Part shown: positions 13,791 to 25,700 of the stretch, in pieces | Layout: every line of letters begins with the position of its first letter | How positions within the stretch are numbered: the stretch's first letter is position 1 | Source of the DNA: Takakia lepidozioides | Taxonomy: Eukaryota; Plantae; Bryophyta | Assembly: GCA_030704615.1 (NCBI GenBank) | Contig: CM060733.1 | Location: 40,176,001-40,240,000 of the forward strand | Length of the DNA: 64,000 bases | Reading direction: 5' to 3' | Notes under the pieces: model-generated | What the model saw: only the letters and a program-made list of their open reading frames with translations | What the model was told of the DNA's origin: nothing | Databases searched by the model: none | Made by a program: the position numbers and the translations under genes

Positions 13791-14499
13791 TTGAGGGAAT
13801 TGAAGCTATGCCGCCATTGCATACCCCAAGGGGAATCGAAAAGTACTGGAATCTTGCCAGAGCACTTGCAGGCTGCCATAAAGCTTCTCCATAGCCATCA
13901 AATTCACAAGCTTCGTGTTTAAATGAATTCATCGCTCAGCTCTAGCAGAATCAAAACGCACGTGTATCGTGCAGAGTTTTAGGGCGGAGGAAGAGATAGG
14001 GCAAACCTTCGACAGATTTCATCCAAATTAGAATGAAAAATAGGTAATGAGATGTAAAAAAAAAATTCCCTGATTTCATCATGATGTCATTTAGTAGGGA
14101 TGGCATCCAAAATAGGGTCTGGCTTTCATTAGGGTTAGTTCTCATGACCAAAATCATCCAAAGAACCCGGCTATCAGAGAATATTCTTTAATGGAATTAA
14201 TCCATTTCATGATTACATCCAGTATGGATGAGATAAAAAATATGGTTTAACAGAAATAGTCCAAGCCTTCCTGGGTTTTGGAAAAAATAACAAGCCATTT
14301 CCTTGTATAGAGGGAGAGGGAGAGAGGGAGAGAGAGGATCCCACCCAGCCAGCCCCTGGTATGGCATTCCCTTATGGGATGAGTGTGGTATGCACTCACC
14401 GTAGGGAGTGCATACCAGACCCAATCTCATAAAAGCTCTCCCTCTCTTTGTAGTTTGGTTCACTGGTTAAACAACCGAAGAGATAAAAAAAACTACAAT

Positions 14500-15887
14500 C
14501 CCATCTCCTAGGTCGAGAAAAAAGTATGCTACATATGAAGAAGGTATACAGTCATATATATATGAGTGTAGAACATACCTTTCAATTTTTCAATGAGCTC
14601 TTGTAAAGGGAAGAAAAGGCCAGGGAAGGAACCCTGCTCAAGGAAGTGTGTCAAAATACGGGTAGTTTTCGGGTTTTGAGCCATTCTTCCCAAGTGTGTG
14701 TATGAGCAAACAACATTCCTTCCCAGCCATATTAACACTGCTGGAAATGTACACAATTGGAAAAGCATGTGAAATCACTACATTGTATGGATGGAGTCAC
14801 GGGTCTATTAGAGAGGAACTGGATTGTATTGGGTGTAAGAGAAAGGTAGGTCTCTCTTATCATACTTCTGAAATTGAAATTCCCCGGATTCAGGGTTTAG
14901 TACAGAAATCTGGACATTCATGAAGCACGCTTCCAAACCCTCGTACGGGGATCCATTCTTAGTTCTTAGTAACTCTGGCTTGATTTCCACCACATTAAGT
15001 GGATAGATCCACCAAGGATTACTGCTGCACCTGTCTGCTCAGGATTGAGAAATAGCATTGCATTTCCAATGTTAAGCTAGCATATGTCATCGATATAAGG
15101 AAAGCATGCTGAAATTTTGGCATCAATTGAAATTGACCCAAAGGCAGCCAGTCTTAAGATGATACTTCAGTTCATATGAAAAGGGAAATAAGTGTTACAC
15201 CATAAAGGTGAACAGGAGACCCCATGGGGATACCTGGCCTTGACGCTAAACACGGTCACCCCATGCAACGAAACAATGACACATCAGCCATTCGTGGAGC
15301 TGAAGCAACCTGGCTTCATGAAGCTCAATCCAAGTACCTGTTTTGGGAAGAAGTGCTCCACGTGCACTTCCCGAAGGTCCATTCTTTGTTTGGACCCAAA
15401 TGGCATGGCGTGACCGGGGTGTGTCCGTATGATGTTGTTGGAAGGTCAGTTTAATCTCAATGGCATCACCTAAGTTATCTTCACATTTTAAGGGAATATT
15501 TTCATAGCATAGTGTGATGTCAGCCACAAAAACATCATGGATTTTTGTAGGAAGATTTAAAGTGAAATCTGTACTGCTGTCACTAATCCAGTACATTGCC
15601 GTAGACCTTTGAAGAAATCGTTTGTAATGTTTAACCGTGCTCCGGCCCCTTCCTTGATTAAAGGTAATAGGAACATGGTGGCACATGTCAAGGAGGCTGG
15701 CAATTTCACTGAATACGCAATTGTTGGGCATTTGTAATCCACCTATACTTTTTTTTGTGTAGTTGTATATTCCCATCATGTAGGGAAGACTACAAAAAAG
15801 TAACGGGGATTCAGGTATCAAATCCTGCACTTCACTAAAGAGGCTTTCCAAAACAGAGTCTGGTGATGACCATACCTCATCTTGAAG
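14500..15887 (-). mobile_element. Penelope-like retroelement RT relic, C-terminal half (left of the MULE insertion)
   Basis: LPYMMGIY, VFVADITLCYENIPL (RT motif A), GIPMG at about 15222-15237 and YIDD at about 15086-15097. Frameshifted; left limit approximate. Confidence 0.7.
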
Positions 15888-15965
15888 AGGTTTGCTATTT
15901 CATGAGCATGAGCGGCATGAGCGGCATAAGCAGAGTAGTAAGACAATCGGTTTTCATGAGCAGAA
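15888..15965 (+). repeat. Left terminal inverted repeat of the MULE (CATGAGC-rich)
   Basis: AGGTTTGCTATTTCATGAGCATGAGCGGCATGAGCGG...CATGAGCAGA matches the reverse complement of 29753-29814. Confidence 0.85.
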
Positions 15966-16129
15966 GTACAAATTTCGAAAATAAAAAACAATAACAACAA
16001 TAAAATTTAATGCAATGTGTCAGGAAAACAATATATTATTCGGCCCCTTGAAGGGGAAAATTGCAGTTTTGACAGTTGGGCTCATGATATTTCGTCTTCC
16101 GCTCATGCCAATTCCAGCGACATGTGCAA

Positions 16130-16660
16130 TAAGGCGCCGAATTTCGCGGTAATAGGGTCCGTAACCTGAAAACGGCGATGTATTTCGCGGTAATAGGTCT
16201 CTTCTGGCGAAAAATTGTGCCGAATTCTGCGGCTATAGGTCCCTCATGACAGGTAATTCGGCGCCATTTTTTCAGTGCTCGCGGTAATAGGTCTCTTCTG
16301 GCGAAAAATTGTGCCGAATTCTGCGGCTATAGGTCCCTCATGACAGGTAATTCGGCGCCATTTTTTCAGTGCATGTTCGGACTTAGCCAGTCTTCGGCGC
16401 AAAATAGGGAAATTCGGCGCCATTTTTCAGACACTGTACCAGTGCATATTGGGACTTAGCCAGTTTTCGGCCCAAAATAGAGAAATTCGGCGCCAATTTC
16501 CAGACACGGTACCAGTGCATGTTGGGACTTAGCCAGTTTTCGTCGCGCCAAAAAAGAGAAATTCGGCCGCCATTTTCCCCAGACACAGGTACCAGTGCAT
16601 GTTGGGACTCAGCCAATTTTCGGCCCCAAAAAGAGAAATTCGGCGCCATTTTTCCAGAAA
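16130..16660. repeat. Left subterminal repeat array containing AATTCGGCGCC motifs
   Basis: Two units of about 94 bp, then units of about 73-77 bp. The latter carry GAAATTCGGCGCCA and GGGACTTAGCCA, both shared with the 26.1-27.1 kb array. Confidence 0.85.
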
Positions 16661-16773
16661 TGGCCCCACAGATACAACAAAATGCAATTGAAAATATCCA
16701 TATGGAGGATTCCCTTTGCCCCATCAATGATTTCTGGAATCCCTAAGGAGGAGTTTGTGCAGCTCGTTCACAC

Positions 16774-19700
16774 TCAACGCAGTGCATGAATAAAGTCATC
16801 AATAGTCAGTTCATCCTCAAACCTCTTCAGGTAAATGTAATACAGATGCTTGCACGGATAATACTTGGAACCCTTCTTTGCTTCCATCAACGAGAAGTCC
16901 GTACAATTGCAAGTCGGCTCCACTCCAATCGTAATTGTGTATACATCGTCGCGTACAGCCGAGCCGGCCGTTGCCATCCGATACACACACGCCAAGGCCG
17001 GTGGGGGTACGTCCACGGAGCTCTGAAAAGTGCAAGCCATCCCAAGAGCATTGGCAATCCGAGTCTCATTCAACTTGTTGGGAGGGTGTCGTCTCTTCAC
17101 TCTTCCAATCGCATTGTGGGATGTGCAGAATTGTCCAATCCGTCTCTACGGACGAGCAGTCTGCAATGGCTGGGTCTGAGGAACAGGAAATGCGTGGGCC
17201 GGGATGTCTGTGCGTTGCACCATTCAAAATCCTGCTGCAGGCGATAGAGCATCCGCCTCATCTGAGAGAGGCTGCAAACCGGTGCACAACAGGCCAGACG
17301 CCCGGAGGCTTCGGCATTCCCTGAATCCGTGCTTGGGCTTGCCAATACACAGGTCATTATATCGTGCCTACAGAACCAAAATGTCTGCGTTGTGGCGTGA
17401 GCAAATGTGGGAGTCAAAAATCTGCCGCTGAAACAAGGTGCAGGTACAGCCCGTTCTCACCACAGCGTGCTCTCGTACCCACCCGATGGCGCAGCACTTC
17501 CCTTGAAATGCCGGCAATGTCCTCGCAATTCTCCACTGTGACTCTGACACTCTTGTCTCCACAATGGGAATGTTGTACTGCTTTACTACAGATGGCTCGT
17601 TATGTTGCCGGGGCACGTGCCCTGTGCTCAAAGGAGATGGCGATCTTGAACGTGTAGGACTCGCGGTGCTCGACGAGACCTCCTCGGGCAACATCACCGG
17701 ACCACGAGGGAGCGTGCGAATATTCTTGTCAGTTCGCCATGAATCCTCTTCTCCGCCAGGTGCCTCGTCAAGTCTTCGTCTCACTGGACGGGTATGAACA
17801 TCTCCTTCCAGATGTTGGCCTCTTCGCAGCAATGGCGTGTCCCGAAGGCCTTCTCGCAAGGCCGCCGCCCACCTCCGAGGATTCTTCAATCTAGAGGCAG
17901 TCCACATCAGCATTTCCTGCCTGTCCGGCCCCAAGCCCCACCTGCATTGCTGCATAATTGACCTCACAATGTCCTCCGTTGTGGCAGTGAGGATGTCCAC
18001 CAGATGCGCTGTAGAGGAGGCACGCCAGGAAGAGTGCACTGATTCGGCCATGTTTGTCGTGGGCATGTCGGTGTCGGAGTCGAGACACATTTCCTGCACA
18101 AGCACATGTTCAGGTTACAAGCAAGTTACAAATATGGTCAAGAATAATATCCAACGGGACGCTAATTCGTGCAACTCACCTCCCGCATATAGTCGCCGAA
18201 CTGGAGGAAATGATAATGCCACCATGCTAGCCAACTGACCATTGCTCCCTCGTCTGATTTCCTTACAGCACCTGACGATGTCCACCAAGCCCGTATGCAT
18301 GCAAACTGTGTCTCTGCATCATCCAAGGTGGGAGCACGCTGGAACGGTGCTCCTCTCTGAATTCCTGCGCCACGAGCCTGGTTGTGTACTGCGAAAGGCT
18401 CTGCAGAAAATGGAACCCACAGATCTCTCCTTGCCTTCCATGGGAACATTGGGGTCTTGCCCGTACACCCTTCGGATGGCAGCCCAATTTGCTTGTGCGT
18501 TGTCCGCCATGAAACCACGGAAATTGGGAGGGGGCAATCCCGCCTTGGCCATCTCCTTCTCGTTCGTTATTCCCTGCCAAAGAAGCATCTCGATTGTGTG
18601 TCCTCTCCTTTCATCTCACAAATAGCAATTGTCATTAGCATCCTGCAGTGGGTGTCGTAGACATGTGCACCTATTGTCACCCACTGGTGATTTGTAATTC
18701 GCTTGATATGGTCGAACATGACCCAACTGTTTTGACAAGTTTCCACTCGTCATCCTGTCGACCATTCGACGCCGCGCTGCCAGAGGGTCCACACGTGGAC
18801 ATTTTGAATACGAAACAACGATCTGCCTCAGTCCCTTGTTCTGGAAACCTACTTCCATGAATGTAGTCATCATCCACATCGTCGCTTCACCTCAGAATGG
18901 AGTGCATATCCGAGCCACGCCCAATTTTCTGGTTTGCATGAGACAATGTGGTTTCGGACATTCGGTGAACATACGTGGGACACCGACTCCAGCAATGCCT
19001 CCATTTCCTTCTCGTCGAGAGGAACTCTATCGGAGCCGTGTCTTCCGACATAATTCTGGCCAATGCCATCTTAGGCGGCTTGGAGCTGTATCTGTTGGGT
19101 TTGGCACCGGTCTCAACTTAACCTCCTCCTGAACGAGCTGCTCTGCTTCGTGGGCAGCCTCCGCGAGTTCCCCTCGCCAATTTGTGACAATGGGAACCAA
19201 CGTGTATGCAAGCTCGGGTGAGGTCAGGGAAACGGTGCAACACATAGAACTGCTTGGCATTACAAACAGACATGCAGTGTGGTGGTTCTTTGCAATGTGC
19301 ACACTTAAATGTGGAGTTCGGAACCTTCTCCTGAGCTCGAAATGGTTGATGACTTGTGCCTGTCCAATCGGTCTCGTTCCTGTGACCTCTGGATTTAAAG
19401 GGGAAGCAAGGTTGGGGAGAAACACCGAACGCAAGCCCCGCACAAACAACGTAGCGCACCCGCACGACCATCGAGCATCTTCATGCTGGTGGGTTTTGGT
19501 AACCACCAAGGATGACCGTCATGTTTTCTATCCATATCTGTCACATTCCGGACGCCCTCGAGTAGTCCGCCCGAGAAGGGAACTCAAAGAAGATATTACT
19601 CGACGTCGGCGGAAAGGCATGTAACCGATTTAATTGCGAACTTGCTGTAGTCCAGCCCGGCCAGCTCCGACCGGTTGTCCCTCCAGGTGAAGCCATCGCA

Positions 19701-20258
19701 AAATTTCAAGAATAGATCGAACTGCGGTGCTCGTGCTGGGAATATGACTCTCCTCTCCCTGACGTCCATGAGGACTTGCCTGATCTCCAGGACGACCTCG
19801 GAACTTCCATGACCTCGTCTAAGTCGGACAGGTTGTGAACAACCCGGTTCTCGCTCGTCTTTATGGATGGGTTCGGCTCTGGATTTACTTTGTTGCGGAC
19901 TTCTCTCTTTGAGATAGCCACTCTCTGATTCGCGGATTGTTTCGTGGAAGCGCGCCAGGATAGAAGGTGCATTTGGCGGGCAAATGAAGTCCCCAACAGC
20001 CCTGTATATGACGCTGTCCGATGGTGGAACTCGCCATTCCCTGCCATCGCCGAAATCATCGTGGAGCACAACAATACTCTCGACAACAAGGCCGTTAGAG
20101 TCCTTCCTTTCCTCCTCCAAAAAAACCGACCCCGGTTTCAAGTGGTATCGAACGCACAGATATTTCTCCATCACCCGGCAGATGTCCCCTCTGCACGGAA
20201 ATGAAGCTCTATGCTCGTGAGGAGGGCAATACACTGTAGCGCTCGGGTTTTCCGCCAT
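16774..20258 (-). pseudogene. MULE DDE transposase with N-terminal Cys/His domain and C-terminal SWIM finger; frameshifted as assembled
   Basis: Across frames: VMFDHIKR (first D), PNFRGFMADNAQANW (second D), CGFH (CxxH), TTNMAESVHSSW (E), and SWIM PTCNCTDF...PCKHLYYIY. Probable start is MAENPSAT at 20258. Probable small introns near 18.1 and 17.4 kb. Confidence 0.85.
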
Positions 20259-20559
20259 GGGAGATGTGCACACAAGACTGCCAGGATGGCGTGCGGGGAA
20301 GCTCCCTGGTAGAAGGGGGATGCAGCGATGGGAATGAATGCGATGCCGATTTGTCCGAGCGACAAAGCCTGATCCAAATCCAGGGAGCCAACTATCTAAA
20401 AAATCCACAGTCAGAGTGTTAATGAACCTTGTCTCCGGAATGCGGCCCCTGGTCTTTGCGCAATAAACTGCCAACGGTATGCAGTCAGAAAGTGGGGGCC
20501 GTCCGGATGATGACGGCTGAAGGGGGGAAGCCGGCACCGTGCCGTCACATTATTACCCC

Positions 20560-22570
20560 CAAATGGAAATTCGGCACCCAATATCCAACAGGGGAAGCCC
20601 GGATGAAGTTGCCTCGGGCGCAGAGGCCGGCGCGTGTTGACAGAGAACATCCCTGGATGGAGATTCGGCGCCGAATTTCCATCCGGGCCCCCCCAAAGGA
20701 AGTCGTGTCGGGGGGTCAGGCCGAAAACTGGCCGGCATAAAAAACATCCCCAGATGGAAAAACGGCGCCGAATTTCCATCCGGGGCGGTTCGGATGCACT
20801 CGGGGAGGGGGGAGAGGCCGGCACTTGGCCGTCACATTTCAACCCCCGGACGGAAATTCGGCAACGAATATCGAACAGGGGACGCCCGGATGAAGTCGCC
20901 TCGGGCGTAGAGGTCGGCACGTGTTCGACAGAGAGCATCCCCTGGATGGAGATTCGGCGCCGAATTTCCATCCGGGCCCTCCCAAAAGAAGTCGTGTCGG
21001 GGGGTCAGACCGAAAACTGGCCGACATAAAAACCTCCCCAGATGGAAAAACGGCGCCGAATTTCAATCCGGGGCCGTTCCAATGCAGTCGGGGAGGGGGG
21101 AGAGGTCGGCACCTGGCCGTCATATTTCAACCCCCGGACGGAAATTCGGCACCGAATATCCAACAGAGCGGCGGAGAGGCCGGCACCTCTCCGACAGAGA
21201 CCATCCCTCGGATGGAAATTCGGCGCCGAATTTCAATCCAACAGGTAAGTGCAATCCCGGATGGATGGAAATTCGGCGCCGAATTTCAATCCAACAGGTA
21301 AGTGCAATCCCGGATGGATGGAAATTCGGCGCCGAATTTCAATCCAACAGGTAAGTGCAATCCCGGATGGATGGAAATCCGGCGCCGAATTTCCATCCAG
21401 CACGTAAGTGGAATCCCGGATGGATCGAAATCCGGCGCCCCATTTCCATCCTGCAGGTAATTCGAATCCCCGATGGATGGAAATCCGACGCCGAATTTCC
21501 ATCCTGCAGGTAATTCGAATCCCGGATGGATGGAAATTCGGCGCCGAATTTCCATCCAGCAGGTAAGTGGAATCCCGGATGGATGGAAATCCGGCGCTGA
21601 ATTTCCATCCTGCAGGTAATTCGAATCCCGGATGGATGGAAATTCGGCGCCGAATTCCCATCCAGCAGGTAAGTGGAATCCCGGTTGGATGGAAATCCGG
21701 CGCCGAATTTCCATCCAGCAGGTAAGTCGGATCGCTGGCGTATGGATATTCGGCGCCGAATTTCCATTCACCAGGTATTTCATCGCTCAGAATTACCTTC
21801 CTGCAGGTAATTCTGATCGATGGATTACCTTCGTGCAGGTAATTCTGATCTGCGAATTACCTTCCTGCAGGTAATTCTCATCGATGAAGGTAGCAAGGTA
21901 ATTCCTCGCTCAGAATTACCTGCACGAAGGTAATCCATCGATCAGAATTACCTGCAGGAAGGTAATTTTGAGCGATGAAATACCTGGTGAATGGAAATTC
22001 GGCGCCGAATATCCATACGCAGCCAGCGATCCGACTTACCTGCTGGATGGAAATTCGGCGCCGGATTTCCATCCATCCGGGATTCGAATTACCTGCAGGA
22101 TGGAAATTCGGCGCCGGATTTCCATCCATCCGGGATTCCACTTACGAGCTGGATGGGAATTCGGCGCCGAATTTCCATCCATCCGGGATTCCACTTACCT
22201 GCTGGATGGGAATTCAGCGCCGAATTTCCATCCATCCGGGATTTGAATTACCTGCAGGATGGGAATTCGGCGCCGGATTTCCATCCATTCGGGATTCCAC
22301 TTACCTGCTGGATGGATATTCGGCGACGAATTTCCATCCATCCTGGATTCCACTTACTTGCTGGATGGAAATTCGGCGCCGGATTTCCATCCATCCGCTT
22401 CTGAATTACCTGCGTGAGGCAAATTTCGAGCGCCGCCCTACCTTGCTGGATGGAAATTCGGCGCTGAATTTCCATCCTGCTGCGCTCCGAATTACCTGCA
22501 GGATGGAAATCCGGCGCCGGAATTCCATCGTGCAGCGCTCCGAATTACCTCTACGTTGGAAATTCCGGGC
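20560..22570. repeat. Central palindrome array of the MULE (about 30 copies or variants of GAAATTCGGCGCCGAATTTC), arranged as a large inverted repeat
   Basis: Palindromes spaced about 96 bp from 20566 to 21141, then 53 bp (21215, 21268, 21321...). 21738-21847 is almost exactly the reverse complement of 21911-22020. Confidence 0.95.
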
Positions 22571-22779
22571 CTCTTTACGTCGATTTTCATTCGACATGGA
22601 GGGCTTCATCCGACATTTAATTGTGCAGTTGGGCAATAAATGTCCACCGCCGTCGGTTTTCATTCGGGCTGGCGACACATGGCTTCCTGGATACGTACCC
22701 TAAATCTCATGCTAATCTTGGCTTAACATGCTATTCGAGGTATGTACCCCAAAAACGGAGATCTTTTTGGCTGGGACTT

Positions 22780-25700
22780 ATGCCGCCTGAAGGGCGTGGC
22801 TCTCCTGAGAGAGACCTCACATCCAGACCGCGGCGGAAGTTGAAAGCTCTATACTACGGACGACGGCCAATCTCTCGCATGGCCAAACTGAAGCTCCAGC
22901 AGGAGATTCCAGTGTCTTGCTCACAACCCGCGCCAACTGAAGCCGAGTACTCTCAGGCAAGCCACTTCTGCTTTCGCTTTGTTCGATTTCTTTTTTGCTT
23001 TCGCTTTGTTACCTCGCTTTGTTTTTGCATCTTCATCCTGGCTTCGCTGGATGAGTGAACTTTAGATAGTTGAGTGAACCTTAGATTGTTTGCAATGCGT
23101 GTGCAAATCCGGCAGCTCTGGAGAAGGCTGCTTGTGCATGTCATTCTCAGGCAATGGTTGCATTTGTTTTCATTGTTGTTGCATGGCTCTCCATACTTCC
23201 TAAACTTGTTATGTTTTCATTTTTGCTACACGATTGTTGCTATGGTGGTTGCGCTGCTCGTTGCGATGCTGGTTTTTGCACCGATGTTGGTTTTCACGAT
23301 TTTTGTCAATGACAGAGTGACGACGAGCCCGGCACGCTGGTGGTATCATCGACAGCTCCAACTCATCGCATGTTTGAATCGCCCAACTTGGGGCGAGAGG
23401 GCAAACTTAAACCTTTTGTTGGTGGACGGGAGGACTTGCAACGAGAGTACGACAGAATAGGCATTGGGGAGGTTGATGCAGGCGGCATGGCAGGTGAATG
23501 GCGTGAGGACATGAGGACAGCAGATCCGGAAATGGAGGTTGTTCATGCACATGCAGTAGGGCCACCCACGCAAAGAAAAATAGAAAGCTAAGCACATGCA
23601 ATCCCCGCGAGAGAGCCGTCACGGGCTGCGGAGGGGGGAGTGAGCAGTGCGCGCGAGGGTGTCAGTTCGCCTCAATCAAAGGTGGTTGTCCTGGAGGGCT
23701 CCCCTGCTGCTAGCCCTATTAAGAAACAGAAAGCCCGTGAGAGGGCAAAAGAGAGGGCAAAAGAACAGACGAGACAGAATGCTAGCTATGAGGAAAGAGA
23801 AAAGGCAGCTGAAGAGGCCAGGGGTGCCCAAATGACAGATGCCAATGTAAGCGAGGGACGCACAGAGACGGTGGATCCCTCCAAGACACCACAGAGAGGC
23901 AGTAACACACCGGTTAGACCATCGCGGGCAAGAGCAGCCCTGCATTACCCATACGGTGGAGAGTGGAGGAGAGGAAAGAACACCAGAAAGAGCTCGGATT
24001 GTTCAAGTTCGAGGTGAAGCCAGGGAGAGTGCTGGAGGTGGTTTCGCAGGTGGCTGACCCTGTTGAGGAGGATGACAGGGAGCTTTCTGACCAGGATGAC
24101 ATCCTCCCGGACATCCCCAGGCCCCAAACCCGGAGCATACAAGCTGGATTTGGCGGTCCTGGTGGGCTGCCGGAAAACCCCTCTGCAGCAGACGTCATGT
24201 CTGAGGCGGATATGAAGTTGGCCGCTGCCAAGATGTTGGAGGCAACCCACAGCAACATTGGCAGGTGCTGGGGGCATGGTGTACCCGGTCAAGCTTCGAA
24301 TTCCCCTTTGCCGCTTGGTGTCATTGCAGGTGGTGAGACCTGCCCTCCCAGGCAATATCGACAAGCTGAAATTCTCTTTCCGGGACGGATATCGAATGGG
24401 GTCTGCCGTGTTTTACGTTTCCATTGAGAACGACCACGGAGCTTCCCGTGCCCACACTTCCGATGAGGTGGACAAATGGGGTCCACATTGGCAACGCGAA
24501 ATGAGGAGTTCGAGAGATCGATTGCTAGTGATCCTCTTTTCCAGCACTTGTCCGGTAAGATGTTCTACGTGTGGGACGGCAATCATCGCCTCCTGGCATG
24601 GATGGAGCACATTGCCCAAGCCCACCCCAACGACCTCGATTGGCATTTCGCCGTGGATTGTGTTGTGCTGAAGGTTGCGGGGCCCAAAGATCGCAGTCTT
24701 CTCAAAGCTGCAATGGCCGACATCAACTCGTAAGCTACAACCCCTCTCGCTTTTGGACTTTGAATTTGGAAGTCAGTTCATTGCGAATCCTCATATATGA
24801 TGGAAATTCCCATTTCAATATTGTTTGATGGAAATGTGGCACTGCAGGGTGACTGAGAATGCCTTCATTGCCACCAACTTGTCCCATATGCTCTTCCGAG
24901 TGAAGGATGTCGGGAAGCAGGGGGTGCAAGAGTTTGCCAATTCCCTCAGTGCCGACCTCCTGCGCAAGTCGGAGGCAAAGGCAGACAGAACCTGGTATAG
25001 GCTGAGCGTCGACGCCATGGTGGACTACATATTTCGGGTAAAGCTCCTGACAGTTTTGTTGAGCTAATCTGTCTCTCCTCCCCCAATAGAAGAAAAGGTC
25101 TTCGCCGTGATTTCTAATCTCCTCCCCCAATAGAAGAAATTGTGTTGAGCAGGACTCTAATCTTATGTGCGCATTCTTGACAGACGAAAATACAGCAGGA
25201 TTTGGCACATGCGCGGAGGTTCTACATGGAGTCAGAGGAGTCGAATCCAACCCTCCCAGAACTCGAATCGTATGTCAAAGCTGCGGAGGTGAGGGCCCGC
25301 ATAAAGTACAAGTCGCAGATGGTTAAGTACGTGGCCATAGCTGATCCCGCCCTTGGTGCCGACTTTCTGGTGGAGGTGGGGAAGCACTACTCTCGCGCTC
25401 TGAAGCCCACGATGACATTGGAGAAGCTCCATCGTCTAGCCACATCCTGTGTGGATGCAACAAAAAAGGTGATACATTCTTAACCAAATTGTGGTGGCAA
25501 CAACTCCTTTTTGTGGTGTTTGGCGCTTACGAATATGTTGGGTGGTTGGACAGACCCGGTGGCTCCAAATCTGGAATGGTTCCCAAAGTACCAGGGACAT
25601 GTGGAGCTTCTCCAAACCGGACAAACTCTCTGACCCCACATTCGACATGTGGATGAACCGCATGACATGGTGGTTTCAGGTACTTCCCCACGCTTCGTTT

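Noticed and set aside
13900-14500. Hammerhead ribozyme or SECIS expected for some Penelope-like elements
   Set aside because: No CUGANGA...GAAA core was found by eye, and land plants lack selenoprotein machinery.
21200-22570. CRISPR-like array (regular palindromic repeats)
   Set aside because: The intervening sequences are themselves repeated rather than unique spacers; no cas genes; eukaryotic context.
20411-22703. Many ORFs with MEIRRRISI / WKFGAEF / GNSAPNF peptides
   Set aside because: Translation artefacts of a stop-poor palindromic repeat, appearing in all frames and on both strands.
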